64,000 nt of DNA. Origin: Bdellovibrio sp. ZAP7 (lineage in GTDB: Bacteria; Bdellovibrionota_B; Oligoflexia; Oligoflexales; RGVZ01). The DNA is taken from NCBI GenBank assembly GCA_945900755.1, contig CAMDKS010000009.1, forward strand, positions 10,702 through 74,701, written 5' to 3'. Below the pieces are notes generated by a model. It searched no databases. It saw nothing but the letters and a program-made list of their open reading frames with translations, and had not been told where the DNA came from. This document shows positions 9,275 through 18,329 of this stretch, in pieces (the stretch's first letter is position 1; each line of letters opens with the position of its first letter). The position numbers and the translations under genes were made by a program.

Positions 9275-10060
9275 TTAATCTGGCACAATGACTTCGAGGC
9301 CATCAAATGCAAGCTCAACATCGCTCGGAAGCTTGCGGGAGTCAACGTCGAAGTCAATTTCATGATTCAAATGAGTGATAATGCCGCGCTCGACATGCAG
9401 CCGTTTAAAAACGTCGAGGGTTTCGTCAATGCAGGAGTGGGTTTTATGAGGTCTCCACCGAAGGCCGCTTGCGACCATGGTGTGAATCTTGCCTCGCCAA
9501 GCGGTAATGTTTTCCTCTGTGAGGCTTTTGAAATCGGTTGCGTACGCAAAGCGTCCAAATCGAAAAACATTGGTCACGGCATTTCCGTGCGGTGCGAGGA
9601 ATGTTTCCACATCAAGGTCTGCAATAATAGTAGTACCCTGAACCCGTGGAAGCGGGTTCAGGCGAATGTCTGGACGCCCCCCAAGGTAGCCAGTATCTTC
9701 GAACGCATAGTGAAAACGTTGTTTGAGCTCGGGAATTAATTGAGGGTGTAGCCAGCAATGAATGGGCTTTTCACTATTAAAATAGAGACCCCTCAAATCA
9801 TCAAATCCATGGCAATGATCTGCGTGAAGATGGGTGTAGAGGACGTGCTGAAGAGACGAAATATTGGCGCGGAGAAGTTGAAGTCTAAACTCTGGTCCTG
9901 TATCCACGACGATGGTGGGGCCGTCGTTATGTTTGACAGCAATGGACGCCCGCCAGCGCTCATTTTTGGGATTTTTACTTTTACAGACGGCACAGGAACA
10001 GCCTAAAACGGGTACTCCCGTCGACGTTCCTGATCCTAGAATGGTGACTTTTAATGGCAT
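9275..10060 (-). CDS. MBL-fold metallo-hydrolase (PhnP-like)
   Basis: ILGSGTSTGVPVLGC N-terminus and HxHxDH motif (HLHADHCHG). Confidence 0.85.
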   Translation of the reverse strand: MPLKVTILGSGTSTGVPVLGCSCAVCKSKNPKNERWRASIAVKHNDGPTIVVDTGPEFRLQLLRANISSLQHVLYTHLHADHCHGFDDLRGLYFNSEKPIHCWLHPQLIPELKQRFHYAFEDTGYLGGRPDIRLNPLPRVQGTTIIADLDVETFLAPHGNAVTNVFRFGRFAYATDFKSLTEENITAWRGKIHTMVASGLRWRPHKTHSCIDETLDVFKRLHVERGIITHLNHEIDFDVDSRKLPSDVELAFDGLEVIVPD

Positions 10061-10066
10061 TTCTGT

Positions 10067-11587
10067 TTACAGGCGAATTAGGTTTTGGAAGTGTCGAACG
10101 GTGTCTTGGCTTTTAGTCGTAAACTCGCGCATTTGATCCAGTCGTGCGATGTGATTGATTTTTCTAATTGGGTATTCATGCCAAAAATCAGCCTCTCCTT
10201 CCGCCGTGTCTGTGAATGCAACATACACGATGTTGGTGTCACTAGCGATAATTTTTTTGAGCACGCCCTCACGAAACAAAACTTGCATACATAAATCTAT
10301 TTCATCGGCAGGAAAGGGTATGGCCAAGGCGAGGTGCGTCAAGAGCGCCGTGGGGGAGAGCATGTTTTTGTGACCGAAAATATCTCGAATGCCTTGGACA
10401 CAAGCCCTCAAGGCTAGTGGATCTGGGTAGTTCTTATCAATGGAAAAACGATGCTGGTAATAATCTTTTTCACCCACTAACACCACGCACCGAATAAATC
10501 CGGCGTCCTCAACCCCGAGAAGTTCTCGCCCCATCATCTCTACGCTATCGGGCATCCCGTTAAATAAACAAAATTCGAGACCCTGTGCGGATTCTAAGTC
10601 ACTTAAAAAGGCGCCGATGGCGACAACAATGCGAAGAGATCCGTCCTCAAAGCTGCGGCGAATGCTATTGGTCTCAATTTCATTTTGGCCTACTCGAATA
10701 ATTCCAAATTCCTCGTTACGCGACTCAAGTAAGGCTGCGGTGTCGTGGACCTGTTTTGTAGAATTACAATAAATGATGCCCTGCCCACCCGATCGCTCTA
10801 GTTCTTGGATCATAAATTTCTGGCGGTCGGCCTCCGCCGTGATCATTCGAAACTCAATATCAAGTCCTGGCAGTGCCTCGGCTGTCAGTCGGCCTTGGTG
10901 CGGTGAATTGAGAGATAGGTGCTTGGTCAGGTCTCGCACCATGCGTCCATTTGGGTTCCAAACGATCGCAATTTTTTGTGGGGGGGCGACATGCTCCCGA
11001 GCATTCAAGGATGCTAGGAAATCTCCAACGAAACGGTAGGCGGGAACGAATTTGTGGGACCAGGGACTCATGAGCTGAGCTTGATCGATGACAATGACGC
11101 CGAGCGACCGTCGACGAAGGCGATCACAAAATCTATCACTGGCAAGGCGACCTGGAGTTACCAGCAATATCTGTACGTCGCCACGGTCCATTGCTTCCCA
11201 AATAAATCGTTTTTCTTCTTTTGTTGGGGCTAGATCAAAGGACTCGGTGCAAATTTGAAGTGCCTCAAAACGAGCCTTCATTCGGCGGATGCTGTTCATT
11301 GAGTATGCGATCACGACCACTAGTTCGGCCCCAGCAATGGCTGGTAGGGCCGCACAGGTGATGGATGCAAGTCGTTCTGGGCCGGTAACAATGAGGTCTC
11401 GGCCCCCACCTAGGTGCTCTAATACCTCGAGATTTTGGCTTGAAACAAACGTAAGGCCAGGAATTTTGCTGGACGCATCAAGCAGTCGCCCTAGGACGTC
11501 TTGTCCTTGAGGGAAGCTTTCTAGAGTTTCGGCACCGAATCCACCAATGATGGCGGGGTGGCCTGCTACATTGAAGTTTATGCTCAT
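10067..11587 (-). CDS. RecQ-like helicase-fold protein with degenerate catalytic motifs
   Basis: Collinear with E. coli RecQ (GRDLIV.., [21 protein letters not shown] vs [38 protein letters not shown] vs IIYCNSRAKVEDTAARL). The Walker A GxGKS/T is replaced by GPERLAS. Confidence 0.7.
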   Translation of the reverse strand: [506 protein letters not shown]

Positions 11588-11733
11588 ATATATATTCTAG
11601 CGGACTATTGGTAAAAACTGGTAATGTTTTTTTAATTCCTAGATATAATAGTGGGATATCTCGTGCTGGGTGGGGCCATGTGGAGTCGTGGCAGGCATGA
11701 TGAGTGAGTTGAGGAAGAGTCAAGAGGCGACCT

Positions 11734-12960
11734 ATGGATCAAAATTCGTCAAAATCAAATCTAGTGGTCCAAAAATACGGAGGAACCTCTGTAGGAACGA
11801 TTGACCGAATAAAATGCGTCGCCGCACACATCGCAGATACGGTGCGTAAAGGGGAGCAAGTCGTGGCCGTGATCAGTGCCATGGGGAACCATACCGACGA
11901 GCTACTTGGTATGGCGCATTCCATTTCCAAGAATCCACGACGTCGAGAGATTGATATGTTATTGACAGCGGGCGAGCGAATTTCTATGGCGCTTGTGAGT
12001 ATTGCTTTAAATGATTTAGGACAAAAAGCGATTTCTTTAACAGGATCGCAAAGCGGCATCATCACCGATACGGTTCATGGCAATGCGCGTATAGCGAGGA
12101 TTGGTGCCTTTCGAATTCAGGAAAATTTGGCCCAAGGTCAAGTCGTTATTGTCGCCGGATTTCAGGGTGTTAGTGGGGAGTCAAAGGAGGTGACGACTTT
12201 GGGCAGAGGCGGCAGTGATTTAAGTGCCATTGCCCTTGCTGGAGCCTTGGGAGCCAGAAGATGCCAGCTCTACAAAGATGTCGACGGCGTATTTTCGGCC
12301 GATCCGCGAATGGTGACCTCTGCAAAAACAATCCGACAAATTTCTTGGGACGCCATGACGATGATGGCTTGGTCGGGGGCTTCGGTGCTTCATCCGCGTG
12401 GTGCGCATTTGGCTGCGAATTTTAATATACCAGTGGAAATTCGCAGTAGTTTTCAGTTGGGTCGTGAAGGAACTTTGGTTTGTGGGAGAGAAAATATGGA
12501 ACGAGTTGTCGTGCAGGCGATTACGCACAAAGAAAATATGGTGTTACTTAAAGGCCTTCTGTCCCAGCAAGGCCAGCGGGCGGCAAAGGCAGACGATATA
12601 CTCGGAAAACTGCGCATGAATCTTTGGCAGCAAGGGGAAACACCGCAGGTTCAAACTCAAATGTCTAGGACAGATGGCCTTAAGTTTTGTTGGTCTATGC
12701 CAAAAGCTTTGGCGGCCGAGTCCATAACGTTTCTTGCGGAAAATGGGCTGCCATCCTCGGGCACAAGTGTAGAGGACTGTGGAATTATTACGGTCATCGG
12801 CAGCGGTTTTTGGCAGAGTCCAGAAACACTAGACACGCTGCGTGCGGTGATTCAAGACCCTTTGCTACTTGATGTAAAAAATAATGCCTTGACGATTGCG
12901 GTCAAAGCCAATCAGATGAGTGATGTCGTCAAGGCCTTGCACAAGGCTTTAATCGGGTAG
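11734..12960 (+). CDS. lysC: aspartate kinase
   Basis: VVQKYGGTSVG N-terminal kinase signature, GFQG, TLGRGGSD, and a C-terminal ACT-like region. Confidence 0.92.
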   Translation: MDQNSSKSNLVVQKYGGTSVGTIDRIKCVAAHIADTVRKGEQVVAVISAMGNHTDELLGMAHSISKNPRRREIDMLLTAGERISMALVSIALNDLGQKAISLTGSQSGIITDTVHGNARIARIGAFRIQENLAQGQVVIVAGFQGVSGESKEVTTLGRGGSDLSAIALAGALGARRCQLYKDVDGVFSADPRMVTSAKTIRQISWDAMTMMAWSGASVLHPRGAHLAANFNIPVEIRSSFQLGREGTLVCGRENMERVVVQAITHKENMVLLKGLLSQQGQRAAKADDILGKLRMNLWQQGETPQVQTQMSRTDGLKFCWSMPKALAAESITFLAENGLPSSGTSVEDCGIITVIGSGFWQSPETLDTLRAVIQDPLLLDVKNNALTIAVKANQMSDVVKALHKALIG

Positions 12961-12962
12961 AT

Positions 12963-13388
12963 TTACGCGGGCTTAAATTTATCAATTAATCGAAGGATGT
13001 CAGGTGCCGACATTGGTTTAATAACCCAAGCGACAGCCCCTAGTTTTTTGCCTTGGACCACTTTATCTAGCATATTTTCTGTAGTGAGCATGATCACGGG
13101 AATTCGAGGCTTTTCTGGTGTACTTCTCTGGCTAAGAACCTTAAGAAATGCGAGACCATCCATCTTCGGCATGTTGATGTCACATAGAATTAAATTAATG
13201 TCGGGGTGTTTTTCTACAACCTCAAGTGCCTGAATCCCATCTTCGGCCTCCAGAACAGTTGCCTGCTGAGTAATCACGACGTCCCGCACCTGAGCTCTGA
13301 CGAATGGGGAATCATCGACCAATAGAATCTTAAATTTTTTCGCCGCAGTGGGTGAAGCGCCAATTTCCCATTCAGAATCTTTGTTCAT
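12963..13388 (-). CDS. single-domain response regulator (CheY-like)
   Basis: ILLVDDSP, phospho-acceptor context LILCDINMPKMDG, LTTEN, conserved Lys in VIKP. Confidence 0.88.
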   Translation of the reverse strand: MNKDSEWEIGASPTAAKKFKILLVDDSPFVRAQVRDVVITQQATVLEAEDGIQALEVVEKHPDINLILCDINMPKMDGLAFLKVLSQRSTPEKPRIPVIMLTTENMLDKVVQGKKLGAVAWVIKPMSAPDILRLIDKFKPA

Positions 13389-13406
13389 TATTAACGTCCC
13401 TAGGGG

Positions 13407-13600
13407 TTTTCTTGATACACCAAAAGTTTCCAGAGATTTAATCTTAAGTGAGCCTTGTAGGCCGTGTCAATCCCCGACGTTTCGCAGGTGAACTCCCTCC
13501 GCTGGCGTAAGCATTCGACTTTGAGCCATTTTCGACCAATTTTTTGCGTAGGAACAACACACATCGACCGTACCGGGACTCTTTAGGTGTATCAATAAAA
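13407..13600. repeat. 194-bp intergenic segment bounded by 20-bp imperfect inverted repeats (MITE-like or regulatory)
   Basis: TTTTCTTGATACACCAAAAG (13407-13426) versus the reverse complement of CTTTAGGTGTATCAATAAAA (13581-13600): 18 of 20 match. Confidence 0.4.
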
Positions 13601-13622
13601 CATCTACATTATCCGACCGCCT

Positions 13623-14873
13623 CTATGCTCGGACCGGAACTTTAAGCAGCCATTCACGTGCAGGAAGTATGTCTATAACAACACCATCTACCTCAAGCCT
13701 CTCCGAATGATCGAAAGTAAGAATGGTCGCTTTCTTTAGTCCCAATTCTTTTGCGCCATCTTTTAACGCTCGTAATTCTCGTTCTCTAGTCTTCTGCTCT
13801 GCCATAACCCATGTTACCTGAATAAGTTGATGGTCGTTTGATACCGAACGCAGAAGAAAATCAATCTCAAATCCATTTGATGTCTGAAAGAAGAATAATT
13901 CTATATTTGGCCGCGCCCCCCGTCTCACAAGTTCGCAAAAAACAAGGTTTTCCAGTAGTCGTCCCTTATCTTCAGTAATTTGTACACGTTTTGCTGTTAC
14001 AAAGCCGTTGTCGTACGTATACAATTTCCGATCCGATTTGATTCGCTTTCGGGAGGAGAAGTGGAATGGACAAAGTTCTGCGACGAGGTAAGCTTCGCTT
14101 GCATATCGTAAGAAGTTCTTGACTGTGGGGGATGATATTCTTGTTCCGAGTGAGCGGGTCAAACTTTCGTAATTGAATTTGGAAGCGACTGAATTGATGA
14201 GTACGTCGTAAACATCATTTAGTGCGGCAACATTACGAACCTTGTGACGACGAACGACATCTTTTAGTACGATTGAATCCCAAAGCGTCCGAAGGTACTC
14301 TGCGGGATCTACTTGCTTCAAAACGACTTGTGGAAATCCTCCGTGAGTTAAATACTCCTTAAAAGTATGAATATCTTCTTTTGCTCTAGACTGTGTCATT
14401 TCAAAGTATGAAAAGGGTAGCAACTCAATGGCGATGTGACGGCCGGTGAGTGCTGATGCAAGTTCGGAACTCAGTAAATGAGCGTTCGATCCACTTATAA
14501 GACAGTTTTTTCCTTCTCGATGGATACGGTGGATAAACTGCTCCCAACGGGGCATATTTTGAATTTCGTCAAAAAAATAAAAATCGACGCTGCCATACAC
14601 GTCTGTCAAAGCATCAAGGATATCGTCTCCCGTGGATTCATCCGGAATACCTTCGTCCTCAAAATTTAGGTAACCGAAAGATGTTCCCTCCATAGCCATC
14701 AGTGCTAAGGTTGATTTGCCACAACGACGGGGACCTAAAATTACTTTTATTAGGGGACTTGGAAGGTGCTTTTGGAGAAACGGTAGAATATTGCGAGGCG
14801 TAAAGTTTAACTTAAAGTACTGATTTAGTTCTCTTTTTTGCCGCTTTACGGTGTTTGAAAGTGATGTCGTCAT
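13623..14873 (-). CDS. AAA+ ATPase of the COG1373/DUF4143 type
   Basis: Walker A GPRRCGKST, Walker B FYFFDEIQ. C-terminal module with GFEIDFLL is typical of this family. Confidence 0.85.
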   Translation of the reverse strand: MTTSLSNTVKRQKRELNQYFKLNFTPRNILPFLQKHLPSPLIKVILGPRRCGKSTLALMAMEGTSFGYLNFEDEGIPDESTGDDILDALTDVYGSVDFYFFDEIQNMPRWEQFIHRIHREGKNCLISGSNAHLLSSELASALTGRHIAIELLPFSYFEMTQSRAKEDIHTFKEYLTHGGFPQVVLKQVDPAEYLRTLWDSIVLKDVVRRHKVRNVAALNDVYDVLINSVASKFNYESLTRSLGTRISSPTVKNFLRYASEAYLVAELCPFHFSSRKRIKSDRKLYTYDNGFVTAKRVQITEDKGRLLENLVFCELVRRGARPNIELFFFQTSNGFEIDFLLRSVSNDHQLIQVTWVMAEQKTRERELRALKDGAKELGLKKATILTFDHSERLEVDGVVIDILPAREWLLKVPVRA

Positions 14874-14902
14874 ACTTTAGAATAATCCTCTTATTCTAAA
14901 GT
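14874..14902 (-). promoter_or_regulatory. perfect 12-bp-arm palindrome/hairpin abutting the start codon, SD in the loop
   Basis: Minus-strand reading is ACTTTAGAATAA-GAGGA-TTATTCTAAAGT followed directly by ATG (14873). Confidence 0.4.
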
Positions 14903-15003
14903 ATAACATATCTATTTTACCAAATAAAGGACTCTTGTGATCTTCTAGTAATTAGCGAAAATTTGGGCAACGTCTCAATAAGTCTGGGTAACAGAGTGTG
15001 TTG

Positions 15004-15441
15004 CTACTTCTCGGCATCGACTAATTTTTGAAATCCGGCCAAGGTTGCATCGATGTTTGCCTTAACAATTTGATCGGTAATGGACGACGGAATAAGACCC
15101 TTAAACTTTATGTCTAAACTATAAATCGCTGCGGTTTTGGTTTTGCCGTCTGCGGTTAGAGTCCAGCTTCCATCATTTTGCTTCATGATGTTGCTTTCGA
15201 CCAGCGTCCACCAAATTTTATCAGGGGACTCTTCATGCATCTCGATTGTGTAGTAAAAAGTCTTTACGACGTTTATCTCTGTTCTCACTAGGCACTTGGC
15301 TTTGCTGCCCTTAGGAGCCGGCAATACCTTGCTCGCGGTGACCCCCGGCAAAAATTCACTATAGCGCTCGTACTTGCCCAACGCCGCAAATACATTTTTA
15401 AGACTTCCTTTAAATATATGATTTGTTTCAAAAACTGCCAT
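15004..15441 (-). CDS. SRPBCC (START / cyclase-dehydrase fold) family protein
   Basis: 145 aa. Size and pattern (YERYSEFLPGV.., WTL) are typical of polyketide_cyc2-like proteins. Confidence 0.6.
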   Translation of the reverse strand: MAVFETNHIFKGSLKNVFAALGKYERYSEFLPGVTASKVLPAPKGSKAKCLVRTEINVVKTFYYTIEMHEESPDKIWWTLVESNIMKQNDGSWTLTADGKTKTAAIYSLDIKFKGLIPSSITDQIVKANIDATLAGFQKLVDAEK

Positions 15442-15675
15442 GTATATCTCCGAATTTTATTTAAATAAAAGGCCATTTTCTATTGCGAACTGCAATAATC
15501 CTAAGCACATTGTAAACAAAAATGCAACGATTCAACTCGACACTCCGTGCAACTGAGGAGTCAGCCCCTGGACTGTCACAATAGAGACTTACCATTAATA
15601 ATTGTATAAACTATTAATGAAGAAGTATATGGTCTACGTCCTAACTTTGAACTGTTGCTGTAAGGTGGAAATGAA

Positions 15676-15975
15676 ATGGGAAATGACGCTGGAAACACTA
15701 CTGGAAATGACACTGGAAATGACACTGGAAATGACACTCTAATGAGAGATTTGGTCGAATTTGTGGCCAAAGCTTTGGTTGATGATGTTGAAAAAATCGA
15801 GATCTCCGTCATCGTTGGTCGAGAGACAAACATGATTGAATTGAAAGTCGCTAAAGAAGATATTGGCAAGGTCATCGGCCGCGGAGGCCGTACGGCTGAA
15901 GCGATGCGTACTCTCCTAAACTGTGCTGCCGCTAAAACCAATAAGCGCTACACACTTCATATCCTCGACGAGTAA
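15676..15975 (+). CDS. KH-domain RNA-binding protein (YlqC/UPF0109-like) with N-terminal GNDx repeats
   Basis: LVEFVAKALVDD..IELKVAKEDIGKVIGRGGRTAEAMRTLL (GxxG loop). Strong SD AAGGTGGA lies before ATG 15676. An alternative start at ATG 15742 would skip the repeats. Confidence 0.85.
   Translation: MGNDAGNTTGNDTGNDTGNDTLMRDLVEFVAKALVDDVEKIEISVIVGRETNMIELKVAKEDIGKVIGRGGRTAEAMRTLLNCAAAKTNKRYTLHILDE
15679..15738 (+). repeat. 5 x 12-bp in-frame tandem repeat (GGAAATGACACT family) encoding GNDA-GNTT-GNDT-GNDT-GNDT
   Basis: Read directly; the last three units are identical. Confidence 0.9.
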
Positions 15976-15979
15976 TTTT

Positions 15980-16978
15980 ATGAGTGATGCTGCCAGTGCC
16001 GTTTTAATCGCGGCGGTGGAGGGCTTGGAATTAACCCCGGACGAGGAACGATTCTTTCGAGTAGAGTCACCAGCCGGGGTTACACTTTTCAGGCGCAATA
16101 TTCCACAAGACAACTACCCGCAAGTTGGACACCTTAATCAGTCCCTCCAAAACCTGCGTCGTACAGATGCTCCTCCCATGGTGATCGCTATCGACCAAGA
16201 GGGCGGCCGCGTTTCACGCATTCCTGCACCGTTTCCAAACCTAGGCCCCGCCATGACAATCGCAGGCGGGCGCACCGACTCGTCAGCCCTCAAAATTCTT
16301 CAGCAATATGGCCAAGACGTAGGCCGAGAACTTCGCCAAATTGGGATAAACGTCGATTTCGCACCGGTGCTTGATATTCTCACTGAGCCGACGAATACCG
16401 CCATCGGCGACCGTTGCTTCGGAGTAACGGCCGATCAAGTGACGGTGCGTGCAGAAGCCTTTTTAGCAGGGTTACAATCTGAAAAAGTATTGGGATGCCT
16501 GAAGCATTTTCCGGGTCAAGGAAACGCCTGCGTAGACACACACCACACGACAGCGATGATTGATGCTAGCCTCCAAACATTGATCACCAGAGAGCTTGCA
16601 CCGTTTCGGGCTCTTGTCCAAAAGTGCCCCCTGGTGATGATCTCCCACTCAATTTTTCCGGCACTATGTGATACCGAGGCCAGTCGCTCGCGAATTATTA
16701 TTATGGATTGGCTACGCCTGCGCTTGGGTTTTGACGGAGTGGTCGTCAGTGACGACATGAACATGGGCGCATTGCCCCAAGAAATGATCGCCTGGCAGGC
16801 TGCCTTGATCGACGCTGTCGCCGCAGGATGCGATGCACTACTCGTTTGTCGCGGATTAGACCGGTGTTACGCCGCCTTAGATGCCTTGCGCGGTGAAGCT
16901 AAACGCAGCCCCGCATTTTCCGCGAGGCTTGATGACGCGGCCAAGCGAGTCACAAAAATACGTAGGCAACATCTCTAA
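15980..16978 (+). CDS. nagZ: beta-N-acetylhexosaminidase (GH3)
   Basis: IAIDQEGGRVSR, KHFPGQG, VVSDDMNM. Start moved to ATG 15980 (MSDAAS) so the gene does not overlap the KH gene. Confidence 0.88.
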   Translation: MSDAASAVLIAAVEGLELTPDEERFFRVESPAGVTLFRRNIPQDNYPQVGHLNQSLQNLRRTDAPPMVIAIDQEGGRVSRIPAPFPNLGPAMTIAGGRTDSSALKILQQYGQDVGRELRQIGINVDFAPVLDILTEPTNTAIGDRCFGVTADQVTVRAEAFLAGLQSEKVLGCLKHFPGQGNACVDTHHTTAMIDASLQTLITRELAPFRALVQKCPLVMISHSIFPALCDTEASRSRIIIMDWLRLRLGFDGVVVSDDMNMGALPQEMIAWQAALIDAVAAGCDALLVCRGLDRCYAALDALRGEAKRSPAFSARLDDAAKRVTKIRRQHL

Positions 16979-17006
16979 GCGGCTGCAATAACCGATTTTG
17001 CAATTG

Positions 17007-18326
17007 TTAGCTTGGCTCTACAGGATTGGAGAGCATTGGCTCCAAAGTCTTGCGAACTCTAGCCCGTTCAATGCGGTGGCGACTAACCTGTGACACTTCA
17101 CAGGTTAGGGGGCCCATTTGAATGCTCTGTCCCACTTTGGGCAGTTCACCGATCACCTGAATCATGTAGCCCGCCAAAGTCTCAGAATCCTGTTCGCTTT
17201 CCGCGTGAATCTGATCTGGCTCGAGATCAAAGAAATCAAGAAATTCATCTAGGTTCATTAATCCCAAGACATCAAAAATTCCGGCACTGACTTCGGTGAC
17301 TTTCGCCAATTCCTCATCGTGCTCATCTTCAATCTCACCGACAATCTCTTCGAGCATGTCTTCGAGCGTAATGAGTCCGGCCGTTCCTCCGTATTCGTCA
17401 ATGACAATGGCCATGTGACTTTTATGTCTTTTTAGATCCTTGAACACATCCACAATGAGCTTTGACTCCGGAACCTGATGAGCTTTACGCATGAGGTGAT
17501 GGATTCGCATGGTGTTCAATTTATCAGGCGCACCAGCAAATTGCAGGAGATCTTTTGAAAAAAGAATTCCTACGACGTGGTCGATACGCTCATCATAAAC
17601 AGGAATTCTGGAGTGACCACTTTCATACGCAAGTTTAACGGCTTCGCGCAGTGGAGTTTTGAGTTCGAGAGCGGTCATATCAGTGCGCGGGGTCATGATT
17701 TCTCTGACTTTGATTTCGTCAAATTCAAACACGCCCGAGATCATGTCTTGTTTTGTGGATTCAAAAACACCTGCTTTCTCTCCCACATTCACTAAAAACT
17801 CGAGCTCTGCTTCCGTAATTTGAGGCCCCGGCTGGTGCTTGCCACCACCAAACGCTCTAATAATGAACGCAGCAATATAACTTAATCCGAGGACTAGTGG
17901 AAACGTCACCTGGTAGCAAAAATAGATAAACTTCATGGCGGGAACGGCCAGCGTGTCAGTATATATCTTGCCAAGACTCTTGGGCACAATCTCCGAGGCG
18001 ATCAATAAAACAAAGGTGGTAAACCCTGTCGCAATCGCAAGTCCCCTATCGGCAAAATGCCTGTCTGCGTAATCGGAGGCGAGAACTGATGCGAAAACAT
18101 TAACGGCCGTATTAAACATTAAGACCGTCGTTAGCACGCGGCCAGGATGATGTAACCATAGGTTGAGTTCTTTCACTCTATCACCGCGGGTATCTAAGAT
18201 GTGTTTGGCTTTTAACGTCCCCAAAGCTGTGATCGCCGTCTCTGCTCCAGAAAATATGGCCGACGTTGCACCACAGGCAATAAATCCAATAATTTGTGCA
18301 GCGTCAATTGACATCGCGGTATCCAT
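17007..18326 (-). CDS. CNNM/CorC-family (hemolysin-like) membrane protein with CBS pair and CorC_HlyC domain
   Basis: N-terminal 4-TM DUF21-type region, REIMTPR, CBS pair, and a C-terminal transporter-associated domain. Sits in the conserved ybeY-corC arrangement. Confidence 0.9.
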   Translation of the reverse strand: MDTAMSIDAAQIIGFIACGATSAIFSGAETAITALGTLKAKHILDTRGDRVKELNLWLHHPGRVLTTVLMFNTAVNVFASVLASDYADRHFADRGLAIATGFTTFVLLIASEIVPKSLGKIYTDTLAVPAMKFIYFCYQVTFPLVLGLSYIAAFIIRAFGGGKHQPGPQITEAELEFLVNVGEKAGVFESTKQDMISGVFEFDEIKVREIMTPRTDMTALELKTPLREAVKLAYESGHSRIPVYDERIDHVVGILFSKDLLQFAGAPDKLNTMRIHHLMRKAHQVPESKLIVDVFKDLKRHKSHMAIVIDEYGGTAGLITLEDMLEEIVGEIEDEHDEELAKVTEVSAGIFDVLGLMNLDEFLDFFDLEPDQIHAESEQDSETLAGYMIQVIGELPKVGQSIQMGPLTCEVSQVSRHRIERARVRKTLEPMLSNPVEPS

Positions 18327-18329
18327 GCT

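Noticed and set aside
11588-11733. Possible lysine riboswitch (L-box) in the lysC leader
   Set aside because: The leader is far shorter than an L-box (~180 nt), and none of the conserved L-box helices or motifs are visible.
15576-15941. 121-aa minus-strand ORF containing SFPVSFPVSFPV repeats
   Set aside because: It is the antisense shadow of the KH-protein gene and its 12-bp repeat. The KH frame has the SD and the conserved domain.
15923-15979. Upstream extension of the nagZ ORF into the KH gene
   Set aside because: ATG 15980 follows the KH stop. Homology-type sequence starts there, and the extension would overlap the KH coding end in another frame.
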